Assembly: GCA_963731995.1 (NCBI GenBank)
Contig: CAVSXV010000004.1
Coordinates: forward strand, 64,973-128,972
Reading direction: 5' to 3'
DNA length: 64,000 nt
Origin: an uncultured Chloroflexia bacterium
GTDB taxonomy: Bacteria; Chloroflexota; Limnocylindria; Limnocylindrales; CSP1-4
Shown here piece after piece: positions 11,787 to 21,324 of this stretch. The notes under the pieces were generated by a model that made no database searches, was not told the origin of the DNA, and worked only from the letters and a program-made list of their open reading frames with translations. Both the position numbers and the translations under genes were made by a program. Position 1 is the first letter of the stretch, and every line of letters starts with the position of its first letter.

Positions 11787-12728
11787 ATGACTGACCACGC
11801 CAAGGCCACGACCGCCCCCATCGTCGAGATCGAGGACGAAGAGCCAGGCGGATCTTCCGGTCCGGACTGGAACCTCGTGGGGCGCTATGCCCTGATGATC
11901 TTCCTCGGCTTCATCTTCCTGTTCCCGGTCGTCTACATGCTCGTGTCATCGTTGAAGCCGGACGCGCAGATCGTGGCGGACACGAATTCCGTGCGCGCCT
12001 TCCTGCCGGTCGGTGACATCTCGCTTGACAACTACAGTGACATGCTCGATCGAGTCCCCGCGGGCCGGTTCCTGTTCAACTCGATGCTCATCTCCGGGGT
12101 GACCGTGGTGCTGGGCCTGTTCATCAACAGCATGGCCGGGTTCGCCATCGCACGGATGCGCTGGCGAGGACAAGCCCTCGTGCTGACGATCGTCATCGCC
12201 ACGCTGATCGTGCCCTTCGAGACCATCGCCATCCCGCTGCTGTTCATGGTCAGCCGGTTCCCCAACATCATCTTCGACGGTGCCTTCCCCGAGCTCACCA
12301 CGGGCTGGCTCAACACGTATCACGTGCAGATCCTGCCCTTCGCGGCGAACGCCTTCTCCATCTTCCTCTTCGTGCAGTTCTTCAAGTCGCTGCCGGTAGA
12401 GCTGGATGAGGCCGCGCGCATCGACGGGGCGGGCTTCTTCAGCATCTACCGGCGCGTCATCATGCCGCTGTCGGGTCCGGTCCTCGCGACGGTGGCCATC
12501 CTGACCTTCCTGCCCATCTGGAACTCCTACCTCTGGCCCTTGATGGTGACGCAGACCGAGGACGCCCGACCCGTGATGGTCGGCGTCTCCTTCTTCTTCC
12601 AGATCAACACCGCGTGGGGCGAGATGATGGCCTACCTCTCGATCATCACCATCCCGGTGCTGATCCTGTTCCTGGCCTTGCAGCGGACCTTCGTCGAGTC
12701 GATCGCGGCGAGCGGCGTCAAGGGGTAG
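11787..12728 (+). CDS. ABC sugar transporter permease (MalG/UgpE-like)
   Basis: The EAA loop is 'DEAARIDGAGFFSIYRRVIMPLSGP', and there are 6 predicted TM stretches. It starts 2 nt after the previous stop. Confidence 0.85.
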   Translation: MTDHAKATTAPIVEIEDEEPGGSSGPDWNLVGRYALMIFLGFIFLFPVVYMLVSSLKPDAQIVADTNSVRAFLPVGDISLDNYSDMLDRVPAGRFLFNSMLISGVTVVLGLFINSMAGFAIARMRWRGQALVLTIVIATLIVPFETIAIPLLFMVSRFPNIIFDGAFPELTTGWLNTYHVQILPFAANAFSIFLFVQFFKSLPVELDEAARIDGAGFFSIYRRVIMPLSGPVLATVAILTFLPIWNSYLWPLMVTQTEDARPVMVGVSFFFQINTAWGEMMAYLSIITIPVLILFLALQRTFVESIAASGVKG

Positions 12729-12731
12729 GCG

Positions 12732-13712
12732 GTGTCATTTCGTCTCGACGCGGAATGGGTCTGGGACTCATGGTTCGCCGATGATGGCCACGAGTTCCAC
12801 CTCTTCTACCTGCACGCACCGCGGTCGCTGGGCGACCAGCTGCTGCGGCACGTCCATGCCAGCATCGGACATGCGGTCTCGACCGACTTGCGTGACTGGC
12901 GCGTCATGCCGGAGGCCCTGGTGCCGGGACCGGCGGGCGCCTGGGATGACGTCGCTACCTGGACGGGCTCGACCATCCGCCATGGTGAGACCTGGTACAT
13001 GTTCTACACCGGCGTCTCCACCGCTGAGCAGGGCCTGGTCCAACGGATCGGGCTGGCCACGTCGCCAGACCTGGTGACGTGGACCAAGCACGCGGCCAAC
13101 CCGCTCTTCGAGGCCGATCCGCGCTGGTACGAGCAGCTCGATCTGCGTGCCTGGCACGATCAGGCGTGGCGCGACCCATGGGTCCTGCCTGACCCGAACG
13201 GTGACGGATTCCACGCGCTCATCTGCGCCCGGTCGGCCGACGGTGGGCCAGGCGGCGCTCCCGCTGATGCGCGGGGAGTCATCGGCCACGCCTGGTCGCG
13301 GGACCTGGTCGAGTGGGAGTGCCGGCCGCCGCTGTCGACGCCCGGCGAGTTCGGCCATCTCGAGGTGCCCCAGGTGGAGATCATCGAGGGCACCCCGGTG
13401 TTGCTGTTCTCGACCGGTAGGGCGCAGTTCTCCGCGTCCCGGCGCGAGCGCCTGCCCGACGAACCCAGCGGCACCTTCGTGGCCATCGGCGAGTCGTTGC
13501 TGGGGCCCTGGGACATCGCCGGTGCACGTGTGATGCCGGTCCGGGACCTGTACTCCGCCCGTCTGGTGCGCGACCGGGCAGGGGAGTGGCAGGTCATCGG
13601 ATTCCTTGACGGCAGCGGGCATGGCGATTTCGTGGGTGAGCTCATCGACCCCGTGCCCTTCAGGGAGCTGGGGCTCACGCCCGGGCGCTCGCCGTGCCCC
13701 CCGAGGCGGTGA
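12732..13712 (+). CDS. GH-J clan (GH32/GH68-like) beta-fructosidase-type glycoside hydrolase
   Basis: Intact 326-aa ORF (GTG start). The nucleophile block 'EWVWDSWFADDG', the 'WRDPWVLPD' (RDP) block and 'GHLEVPQV' (acid/base Glu) follow the five-bladed propeller fructosidase pattern. Confidence 0.65.
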   Translation: MSFRLDAEWVWDSWFADDGHEFHLFYLHAPRSLGDQLLRHVHASIGHAVSTDLRDWRVMPEALVPGPAGAWDDVATWTGSTIRHGETWYMFYTGVSTAEQGLVQRIGLATSPDLVTWTKHAANPLFEADPRWYEQLDLRAWHDQAWRDPWVLPDPNGDGFHALICARSADGGPGGAPADARGVIGHAWSRDLVEWECRPPLSTPGEFGHLEVPQVEIIEGTPVLLFSTGRAQFSASRRERLPDEPSGTFVAIGESLLGPWDIAGARVMPVRDLYSARLVRDRAGEWQVIGFLDGSGHGDFVGELIDPVPFRELGLTPGRSPCPPRR

Positions 13713-13723
13713 CTGGTCGAGTG

Positions 13724-15194
13724 ATGGACGAGCGCAAGGATCCCGACGAGTTGCGTCCCGGCCCGCAGCTGCTGACCTACCCCGATTTGCTGGGTGGAAG
13801 CCTGCGCTCCATCCGTGCGCTGCTCGACGGGCCGCTGGACGGGCTGTTCGGCGGGATCCACATCCTGCCGCCGTTCCCGTCGTCGGCTGATCGTGGCTTT
13901 GCCCCGCTCGACGTATCGAGAGATCGACCCGCGCTTTGGCAGCTGGGAAGACATCCGCGAGATCGCGGCGAACCACGACGTGTTGCTCGATCTGATGGTC
14001 AACCACATCTCGCGCCAGAGTGCCGAGTTCCGGGACTTCGAGCGGCACGGGCGACGTTCCCCGCACGCCGACCTGTTCATCACCATCGACAAGGTCTGGC
14101 CGGACGGGCAACCTGTCGCCGCCGACGTCGCGCGCATCTTTCTGCGCAAGCCCGATGCGCCATTCTCCACGGTGACCATCGGCGACACCGGGGAGCGAGA
14201 GACGGTCTGGACCTCCTTCGGTACGCGAGACTGGTCGGAGCAGATGGATCTCGACCTGCGCTCACCATCGACCCGCCGCCTGATCGCCGAGTGGCTCGGC
14301 TACTTCGCGGACCAGGGCGTTCGCATCGTGCGTCTGGACGCCGTCGGCTACGTGGTCAAGAGGCCAGGCACCAGCTGCTTCATGGTCGAGCCGGAGATCT
14401 GGGAGGTCTTCGAATGGCTGGTCGGCGTCGCTGCCGGCCTGGGCCTCGTGATCCTCCCCGAGGTCCACGATGTCTACGCCACGCACGAGAAGCTCAGCGC
14501 CCGCGGCTACTGGACCTACGACTTCGTCCTCCCCGGCCTGCTGCTGCAGGCGTTGGAGACCGCTGAGGTTTCTCGATTGGCGACCCATCTGGCAGGCTCG
14601 CCCGAGCGGCAGTTCACCACGCTCGACTGCCATGACGGCATCCCCGTTCGCCCCGATCTCGACAGCATCCTCGAGCCGGCCGAGATGCTCGACCTGGCCG
14701 ATCTCGTGATCTCGCGAGGCGGGAACGTCAACCGGGTCCTCTCGAGCAGCCATGCTCACGGTGTCGACGTCCATCAGCTCAACTGCACGTACTACTCGGC
14801 CCTCGGCGGTGATGACGACCGCTACGTCGCCGCCCGCGCCATCCAGCTCTTTGCCCGTGGCGTTCCGCAGCTGTACTACGTGGGTCTGCTCGCCGGGGAG
14901 AACGACGACGCAGCTGTGGAGCAGACCGGAGAGGGTCGCGCCATCAATCGCCACGACTACACCACGGCTGAGATCGATGCGGCGCTGGAGCGGCCCGTCG
15001 TCCGCCGCATCCTCGAGCTTGCGCGCCTGCGTGCGACCCATCCGGCTTTCGGCGGAGACCTCGACGTCAGCGAGACGGGTCCCGGATCGCTCCGCCTCAG
15101 GTGGTCACGGGCCGACGACGTGTGTGAGCTCAACGTGGATCTCGCGAACGGCCCGGCCGTCGTCTCGGTCGCGGCCACGGGCATGGCCGTATAG
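13724..15194 (+). pseudogene. Sucrose phosphorylase-type GH13 enzyme, one frame disruption near 13914
   Basis: 'LLTYPDLLGGSLRSIRALLDGPLDGLFGGIHILPPFPSSADRGFAPLD' (ORF 13694 frame) continues as 'YREIDPRFGSWEDIREIAANHDVLLDLMVNHIS...VRLDAVGYVVK...LPEVHD' (ORF 13794..15194 frame). Confidence 0.8.
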
Positions 15195-15253
15195 ACACGC
15201 GCTTCGCTGATCAACCGCCAAGGTGTCCTGGTGGTGCCAGACTGCGCTGATCG

Positions 15254-16430
15254 ATGAGCGATCCCTTCGGTTCCGGCCAGTCCTTCCGCGATGTCGTGGT
15301 CGTGCCCTATTCCGACCTGCTCGACCGCTGGCGTGACGGCGAGATCCACCGGGGTGGGCCCATCTGGCCCGACTGGGAGGCGCAGGTCGGCGCACGCCAC
15401 GGGCGTGGCGGACGGCCGATCGATATCCGCCCGGCGGACCCGAGGGGCCGATCGCGGCGCCGGGCCGATGGCCTGGGGCGGGGCCATCGTGGACGCCTTC
15501 GGGCACCAGGTGGCCGACTTCTCCGCGCGACTCCTCGCGACCGTGCGGCGCGACCGGACCTGCCCATCGCCTTCGCCTCGCGGCCGGACCTCGGCTACGC
15601 GGACCTCGCGGCCGCACCCGGCTATTTCCGAGCCATCCTCGAGTGGCTCGGTGTGACGCCCGAGCGTGTCCGCATCATCACGGCACCGACCCGCGTCAGG
15701 GAGCTGTTCGTGGCGCCACAGGCGGAGCAGCTCAGCGGCCCTGGCCCCGAGGCCGGCTACCTCGACGCCCTCGATGCGCTCGCGGATGAACGCTCGGGCC
15801 CGCGGGTCGCGACCCGGCTTGCTCTACGTCTCGCGCGCCGCGATGGAGGCGCGCTTCGCCGGCGAGCCGTACCTCGAGGCGGTGCTGGGCGCCGCCGGGG
15901 TCCGTGTCCTGCGACCCGAGACGCTGCCGCTCGCCGCGCAGCTGCGAGCACTACCGTGCGGCGGCCGACATCGTCTTCGCGGAGGGATCGGCGCTGCACG
16001 CCCTCCAGCTGCTGGGGCACGTCGGCGCCGAGTCGGCGTGCTCGAACGGCGACCGGGCACCCGCCTTGCCGAAGCCAACCTCCGGCCCCGCGTACGCGAC
16101 CTCGCCTACGAGGAGGTCGCCACCGGGCTCGTCCACGGCATCCTGCCGACCGGTCGACCGGCGTTGCCGAAGGGCCTGTCGGTGGCCGACCCGGGCGGCT
16201 GTTCGAGGCCTTCGCCCGCCGCGGGGTGGACCTGGGTCCGAGTGGGACGCACGGCCTGGGAGGGGCCCGCGACGCCGACGTGCTGCGCTGGGTGCGAGAC
16301 GCAGGCCGAGGAGCCCGGGCACCTCGGCGTCGGTTCGGCCGAGCTCCATCCTCGAGGGGCTGGCCGACGCTGGCCTGGGCCACCTCGTCGACGAGGCGTC
16401 CGCCCGACTCGAGCCGTTGCGAGCGCACTC
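15254..16430 (+). pseudogene. GT61/DUF563-like glycosyltransferase (capsule-biosynthesis type), multiply frame-disrupted; 3' boundary uncertain
   Basis: Pieces in three frames: 'MAWGGAIVDAFGHQVADFSARLL', 'GYFRAILEWLGVTPERVRIITAPTRVRELFV', 'GLLYVSRAAMEARFAGEPYLEAVLGAAGVRVLRPETLPLAAQL' and 'AAADIVFAEGSALHALQLLG'. The 510-aa ORF 15254..16786 is a mosaic of real and out-of-frame sequence. Confidence 0.5.
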
Positions 16431-17115
16431 GCCGTGCCTCGGAGGGCGCGCGACGCGGGCCGCCCGACGCTGCTGTTCATCGCACATGCCGCGCTCGGGC
16501 GGCGGTGCCGTTCGGGAGCGTGCTGGAGCAGGTGATCCCGGAAGGGGAGCGGGGATCGGTCTATGAAGGTACGGCGCTCGATGCGGGCACGTTCGCCCAG
16601 CTGCCCGAGCCGCAGCGAGCCGCACTCTCGGTCGTGGTGGGCGACTTCGCCTATGGCTTCCACGAGCACATCCCGGGGCCGTGCCCGCTACGCGGTGATG
16701 CTGCGCCACCCGGTCAGCCGCATCCTCTCGCTCTACCGTGCGGCCGGCATGCCGGGTCCGTCGCTCGAGTCGTGGGTCTTCGATGACGCGACGTGTAGAG
16801 GCGGACAACGCCATGGTGCGCGCCATCTCGGTCGACCGGACGTGCCCTTCGGCGCCTGCACCGAAGACATGCTCGAGGAAGCCATCACCCACATCGAGGC
16901 ACATTTCGACGCAGTCCTCGTGCGCGGCAACATGAGTCGGAGCGCGGTCGTGCTAGGTCGGGCCTTGGGGTTGACCCTGCCCACACTGCCGATCGTAAAC
17001 GCCGACCCGGCCGGGGAGGACGCGTTCGACCTAGCCCAAGCCCGTGCGCAGACGACTGCGCCAGCTCAATGCCTTGGACGTCGCCCTCTTCCGCCGATAC
17101 AGCGAGGGCTTCTGA
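16430..17115 (+). pseudogene. Sulfotransferase (paralog 1), multiply frame-disrupted; start approximate
   Basis: 'PTLLFIAHMPRSGGGAV' is a PAPS 5'-phosphosulfate loop equivalent. 'ARYAVMLRHPVSRILSLY' is an RxPxxRxxS 3'-phosphate motif. The remainder reads 'VPFGACTEDMLEEAITHIEAHFDAVLV...LPIVNA' and ends 'FRRYSEGF*' with the stop at 17113-17115. It is paralogous to the genes at 34046 and 34881. Confidence 0.55.
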
Positions 17116-17136
17116 CATCCAGCGTCCTGTCTCCTG

Positions 17137-18168
17137 CTACCTGAGGCGGCCCTTGAACCTCGCCGAGTTGGCCACGATGCGATACGCCCGCACGGCAGAA
17201 CCGTTGCGCGGCATCGCCAGCCGCCAATCGGGGTGCGCAACGGCGCGGTGGGGTTCGTCGGTGTCGAGGTACAGGATGGCCTTGACCCTGGGGAACCGCT
17301 TGAACACGTTGTTGTAGCCGCGCTTGATCCACGCCGCCTTGTTGCCGCCCTTGTGGTTGGAGCCCACCTCGGCGAGGAAGATCGGCTTCCTGGTGAACTT
17401 CCGCGCCAGGGACACGACCCGGCTGACCTTCGTGGGCAGAGCCGTCCAATCTCGCTTCCCTTCGGAACCCGAGATCCCATAGTTCATGATCGTCGCGCCG
17501 ACGTAGTCCACGACCTTGTCGCCCGGATACGACTTGCTCTTGGGCAGGAAGTTGCTCCACAGGAAGAGCGTGTACTTGCGTGCTCCCTCCTGGCGAAAGA
17601 TCTTGTCGATGTGTCGCCAGGCCTTCTTGTAGTTCCTGACCGTGTTGCCATTGTTACCGATGGACCATGGAAACCAGTGGCCGGTCGCCTCATGCGCGAA
17701 GCGCACCACGACCTTGCGCCCGCCGTTCGCCCTGGCCGCGCTCTTGAGGTCGCGGGCCCACTGTCGGATGTAGGCGTCATGTTTCCCGACCGCGATGCGC
17801 TTGTAGCTCGTGTACTTGGGGCTTGCGGGGTGTGCCGGATCGAGAGGCTGCCACCAGATGACCGGGGTGATGCGCTTCTTGAGCAGGGCCTTGGCGACGT
17901 CCAGTGGAAATGCGCAATTCCCCTGATCGCGATGGAGCCGGCACGGCTGCCTCGGCTGCCCCAGTTGCTCCACAGGCCCCACAGTCCGGGCCGCTGTCCG
18001 CCCATCATGTCGATGTGCTCCTGCAGGACGGCGAGGTCGGAACCTCGCGGGTCGGAGATGCCGATCGTGATCCGGTCGCGTGCCGCGACCGGGACGGCCG
18101 CGACCAGCAGCGCCATGACGATGAGGATGGGGATGAGGAGAGATCTGGACGGACGATGGGCCCTCGAT
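17137..18168 (-). pseudogene. Secreted GH26-like glycoside hydrolase (paralog 1), one frame disruption near 17965; start approximate
   Basis: ORF 17137..17982 contains 'VVVRFAHEATGHWFPWS' and 'IFLAEVGSN', the two catalytic-Glu blocks of GH26. The N-terminus 'LLIPILIVMALLVAAVPVAARDRITIGISDP...LWGLWSNWGS' is in the frame of ORF 17484..18857. It is collinear with the intact paralog at 19873..20895. Confidence 0.6.
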
Positions 18169-18295
18169 TTCAGCGTGTGCGGCGTGAGCCGCGCAGGATG
18201 GTTGGGTGGCCTGTAGTCAGGATAGTGGCAGACCGACGGACTATCGGCATCCCGGACGATTGGCCCGTACGGCCACGGTACCGTCTCGTCTTGAG

Positions 18296-19150
18296 CTAGC
18301 TCCCAAGGTACTCGGCGAGCGCGTCCTGCCACGGACGCAGCCCGACGCCGGCGGCGCCTGCCTTGGTCGTGTCCAGCACGCCCCACAGCGGCGGGTCGGA
18401 AGCGCGCTCGAACTCGGCCATGCGCGGTGGGCTGGAGCGCGTGTCCCGGCCGGCGGACATCGAGCACGGCCTGGGCCCAATCGAGACGTGAGGCGAAGCC
18501 CTCGTTGACCAGGTGGAAGACCCCGCCGCTGGTCGGTTCGGTCAGCCCCAAGATGGCACGTGCAAGGTCGAGCGCGTAGGTGGGACAACCGAACTCGTCG
18601 CTGACCACCGAGAGCGGTACTGCAGCCTGTCCGCGGCCGCGGTGATCTTGTCGGGGAAGTCGCGCCCGGCGGCCCGAAAGCCAGGCCGTCCGCACGATCC
18701 ACAGGCCGCGGCTCCGCCGAAGGCTGCCAGCGCTGCCTGCTCTCCGGCGAGCTTGCTCGCGCGTATGCGGTTGCCGCGGGTTCGTGGCTTCGTCCTCGAG
18801 TACGGCTGGCCGTCGTCGCGATCGCCGTCCGAAGACCTCGTTGGTGGAGACCAGCACCAGGCCGGCTCCACCTCACGGCAGGCCGCGCGATCGCGCCCAC
18901 GGCTTCGCCGTTGCGGCGGAGCGCCACCTCCGGCTCACGCGCAGCCTGGTCGACCGCGGTCATGGCTGCGGTATGGATGACCAATCGCGGCTCGGTCGGC
19001 GCACGAGCGCTGCCCCGGTGGCGGGCTCATCCAGGTCCAGCTCGGGCTGGTCCCAGCCGTCGATGGGTCCGGCGGCGCGGCACGCAGTGCTTGTCCCAGA
19101 CGCCCCTTGTCGCCGGAGATCGAGATCCCGGGTTGCGACAGGTCGATCAT
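18296..19150 (-). pseudogene. rmlD: dTDP-4-dehydrorhamnose reductase, multiply frame-disrupted
   Basis: Fragments in three minus-strand frames: 'MIDLSQPGISISGDKGRLGQAL', 'VIHTAAMTAVDQAAREPEVALRRNGEAV', 'LVSTNEVFDGDRDDGQPY...ASKLAGEQAA', 'GGVFHLVNEGFASRLDWAQAVL' and the end 'ALAEYLGS*'. Confidence 0.75.
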
Positions 19151-19160
19151 CGGTGGCGCC

Positions 19161-19745
19161 TCAGCTCCAGTCCTCGTAGCGGAAGTGCTGGGCTTCAGGG
19201 CGCGCCAGCCATCCCTCGAGTGATTGCGCGGGGCGATCGCGGCGCGAGAGGAGGGGCTCCTCCACCGGCCACTCGATGCCGATCTCGGGATCGTCCCAGG
19301 CGATGCCGGATTCGGCATCCGGGCCGTACTACCGGTGGTGAGGTACTCGACGTCAGCGACGTCCGAGAGGGCACAGAAGCCGCGCGCGAAGCAGGCGGTG
19401 CCCACAACTGCAGGTGGTTCTCGTCGTTGGCCACGATCGACTCGTATCGGCCCAGGGTGGGCGAGCCGGGGCGGATATCGACGGCCACGATGAAGGCTTC
19501 ACCACGGGCCACGCGCATGAGCTTGCCCATCGGCGGCTGCCACTGGAAGTGCAGCCCGCGGGTCACACCCTCGCGCTGCGGCTGTGGTTGAGCTGCACGA
19601 ACGCGCTGGGCAGCCCGAGATGGGCGTGCTCGGCGAACAGATCCGCCCGGAAGACCTCCATGAAGAAGCCGCGCTCGTCCTGGAAGGTCTCATGCTCCAC
19701 AATGAGCACCTCTGGGATGGAGGTGCCACGGACAGTGAGCTTCAT
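19161..19745 (-). pseudogene. rmlC: dTDP-4-dehydrorhamnose 3,5-epimerase, multiply frame-disrupted
   Basis: 'MKLTVRGTSIPEVLIVEHETFQDERGFFMEVFRADLF...FVQLNHSRS' comes first. 'RGLHFQWQPPMGKLMRVARGEAFIVAVDIRPGSPTLG' follows, then 'FARGFCALSDVADVEYLTTG', and the end is 'HFRYEDWS*'. Confidence 0.8.
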
Positions 19746-19770
19746 GTCATCTCCATCTCGGTCGTCAACT

Positions 19771-19802
19771 CACAAGGGTGGACCTTCAGGTCCACCTTTG
19801 TG
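19771..19802 (-). terminator. Strong hairpin between the GH26 paralog 2 stop and the rmlC start (candidate intrinsic terminator or RNA-processing stem)
   Basis: cacaagggtggacc-ttca-ggtccacctttgtg forms a 14-bp stem. It has one G-T pair on the plus strand, which is an A-C mismatch in minus-strand RNA. There is no U tract. It lies 70 nt after the upstream minus-strand stop and 26 nt before the rmlC ATG. Confidence 0.4.
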
Positions 19803-19872
19803 GCCCCCTGGAATCTGAACGCGGGGCCCTGCGAGGACCCCACGAAACGGTAGCGGATGACGGTTGGCCTCG

Positions 19873-20895
19873 CTACTTGGGGATGTGCCCCTTGAAGGCC
19901 CTTCGCTTGGCGATGTTGGCGTAGGCCTGGAGCGCCGAGCCGTTGGACGGCAGGTCCAATCGCCAACTCGGGTGCTTCTGTGCGATGACCGCTTCGGTGT
20001 CGAGGTACAGGATGGCCTGGACTCGAGGCTGGCTCCGGTAGGTCTTCATGTAGCCCTTCCTGATCCATGCAGCCTTGTTGCCGCCCTGGTAGTTTGACGC
20101 GACTTCCGAGAGCATGATCGGCCGCTTGCTGAACTGCTTGGCCAGCTTGACCGACCGGTTGACGAGGCCGGGCATCTCACGCCACCTGTTGCGCTTGCCT
20201 GCCTGCTTGCCGAAGTTGAGGATGGTCACGCCCACGTAGTCCACGTAGCGATCACCCGGGTAGGCGCCCTTGCGCGGAAGGTAGTTGCTCCACACGAACT
20301 TGACATGCCTGATCGCGCCGACGGCCTTGAACTGCTTGTGGATGTGGCGCCAAGCCTTCTTGAAGCTGGCTGCGGAGTTGTTCCAGTTCTGGAGCGACCA
20401 CGGGAACCACCGGCCGGTGGCCTCGTGCGCGAAGCGGACCACGATCGGGCGGTTGTTATGGTCCTGAGAGACCGCCTTCAGGTTCCTGGCCCACTGTCGG
20501 ATGTACTTGTCGTGCTTCCCGGACGCGATGGTCGGATAGCTCGACCAGATCTTGTGGCTGTTGGGAGTGTCGTCCGTCGGCTGCCACCAGACCACGGGCG
20601 TGATACCCATGTCCATGAGCCGGTCAGCCTCAGCTCTGGGGAAGAAGCAGTTGCCCCGGCCTTCGATGCAGTTGTTCACGCCCGTGCCATCGCGGCCGCC
20701 CCAGTTGCTCCAGAGCGACCACATCGCAGGCTTGTAGCCCGGGAGGTACTGCCCGACCTCTGCCATGTGCTGCTCGACGGTCCGCCTGGGATCTGAGGCA
20801 CCGATGGCGATCTTGCTTCGGGCTGCGGTCGGCACGGCGGTGAAGAGGACCGCGAGCGCGACGAGCAGCGAGATGGTGGTGAATGAGCGGCGCAA
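19873..20895 (-). CDS. Secreted GH26-like glycoside hydrolase (paralog 2)
   Basis: Intact 340-aa ORF. It has a TTG start with RBS aggaggga upstream and the signal peptide 'MRRSFTTISLLVALAVLFTAVPTAARS'. The catalytic blocks are 'IVVRFAHEATGRWFPWS' and 'IMLSEVASN'. Confidence 0.7.
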   Translation of the reverse strand: MRRSFTTISLLVALAVLFTAVPTAARSKIAIGASDPRRTVEQHMAEVGQYLPGYKPAMWSLWSNWGGRDGTGVNNCIEGRGNCFFPRAEADRLMDMGITPVVWWQPTDDTPNSHKIWSSYPTIASGKHDKYIRQWARNLKAVSQDHNNRPIVVRFAHEATGRWFPWSLQNWNNSAASFKKAWRHIHKQFKAVGAIRHVKFVWSNYLPRKGAYPGDRYVDYVGVTILNFGKQAGKRNRWREMPGLVNRSVKLAKQFSKRPIMLSEVASNYQGGNKAAWIRKGYMKTYRSQPRVQAILYLDTEAVIAQKHPSWRLDLPSNGSALQAYANIAKRRAFKGHIPK

Positions 20896-21324
20896 GGCTT
20901 GTGCTCCCTCCTGTTGCGATGGTCACGGCGCCACCGTCGCGAGACGCGAAGGCCGCTGGCTACAGCGGGATGCTACTACGACAACTTGTCGTATGTCCAT
21001 ACCCGATGTCTCCGCCGGATGCGGCGTGGACGATGGTCCAACTTCGCTCGACGACGACCGCCGCAACGTACCATGCTCTCGCTCTTTAGGCCCACTTGAA
21101 CTTCGTGCGCCGGGTTTGGCCCCAGCCGACCCGGTTGCACGAGCGCTCGCCACGCAGCGACACCGATGGTAGGCTTCGCCTTCATTGCCCGTGCGGGCGG
21201 GATCGCAGATGCCGTGCGTACTGACGAAGCAGGATGGAGACGAAGGGGTTCGCGTGCGCGACACCGAGCGGGCCTGCGCGGCTCACGCCTTCGGGCTGAG
21301 TCCTGTCGCAGGCAGGATGGCCGC

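Noticed and set aside
15254-16786. The 510-aa ORF taken as a single protein
   Set aside because: Only short stretches of it look like real protein. Recognisable GT61-like and sulfotransferase-like blocks alternate between all three frames, so the long ORF is a by-product of missing stops in out-of-frame GC-rich sequence.
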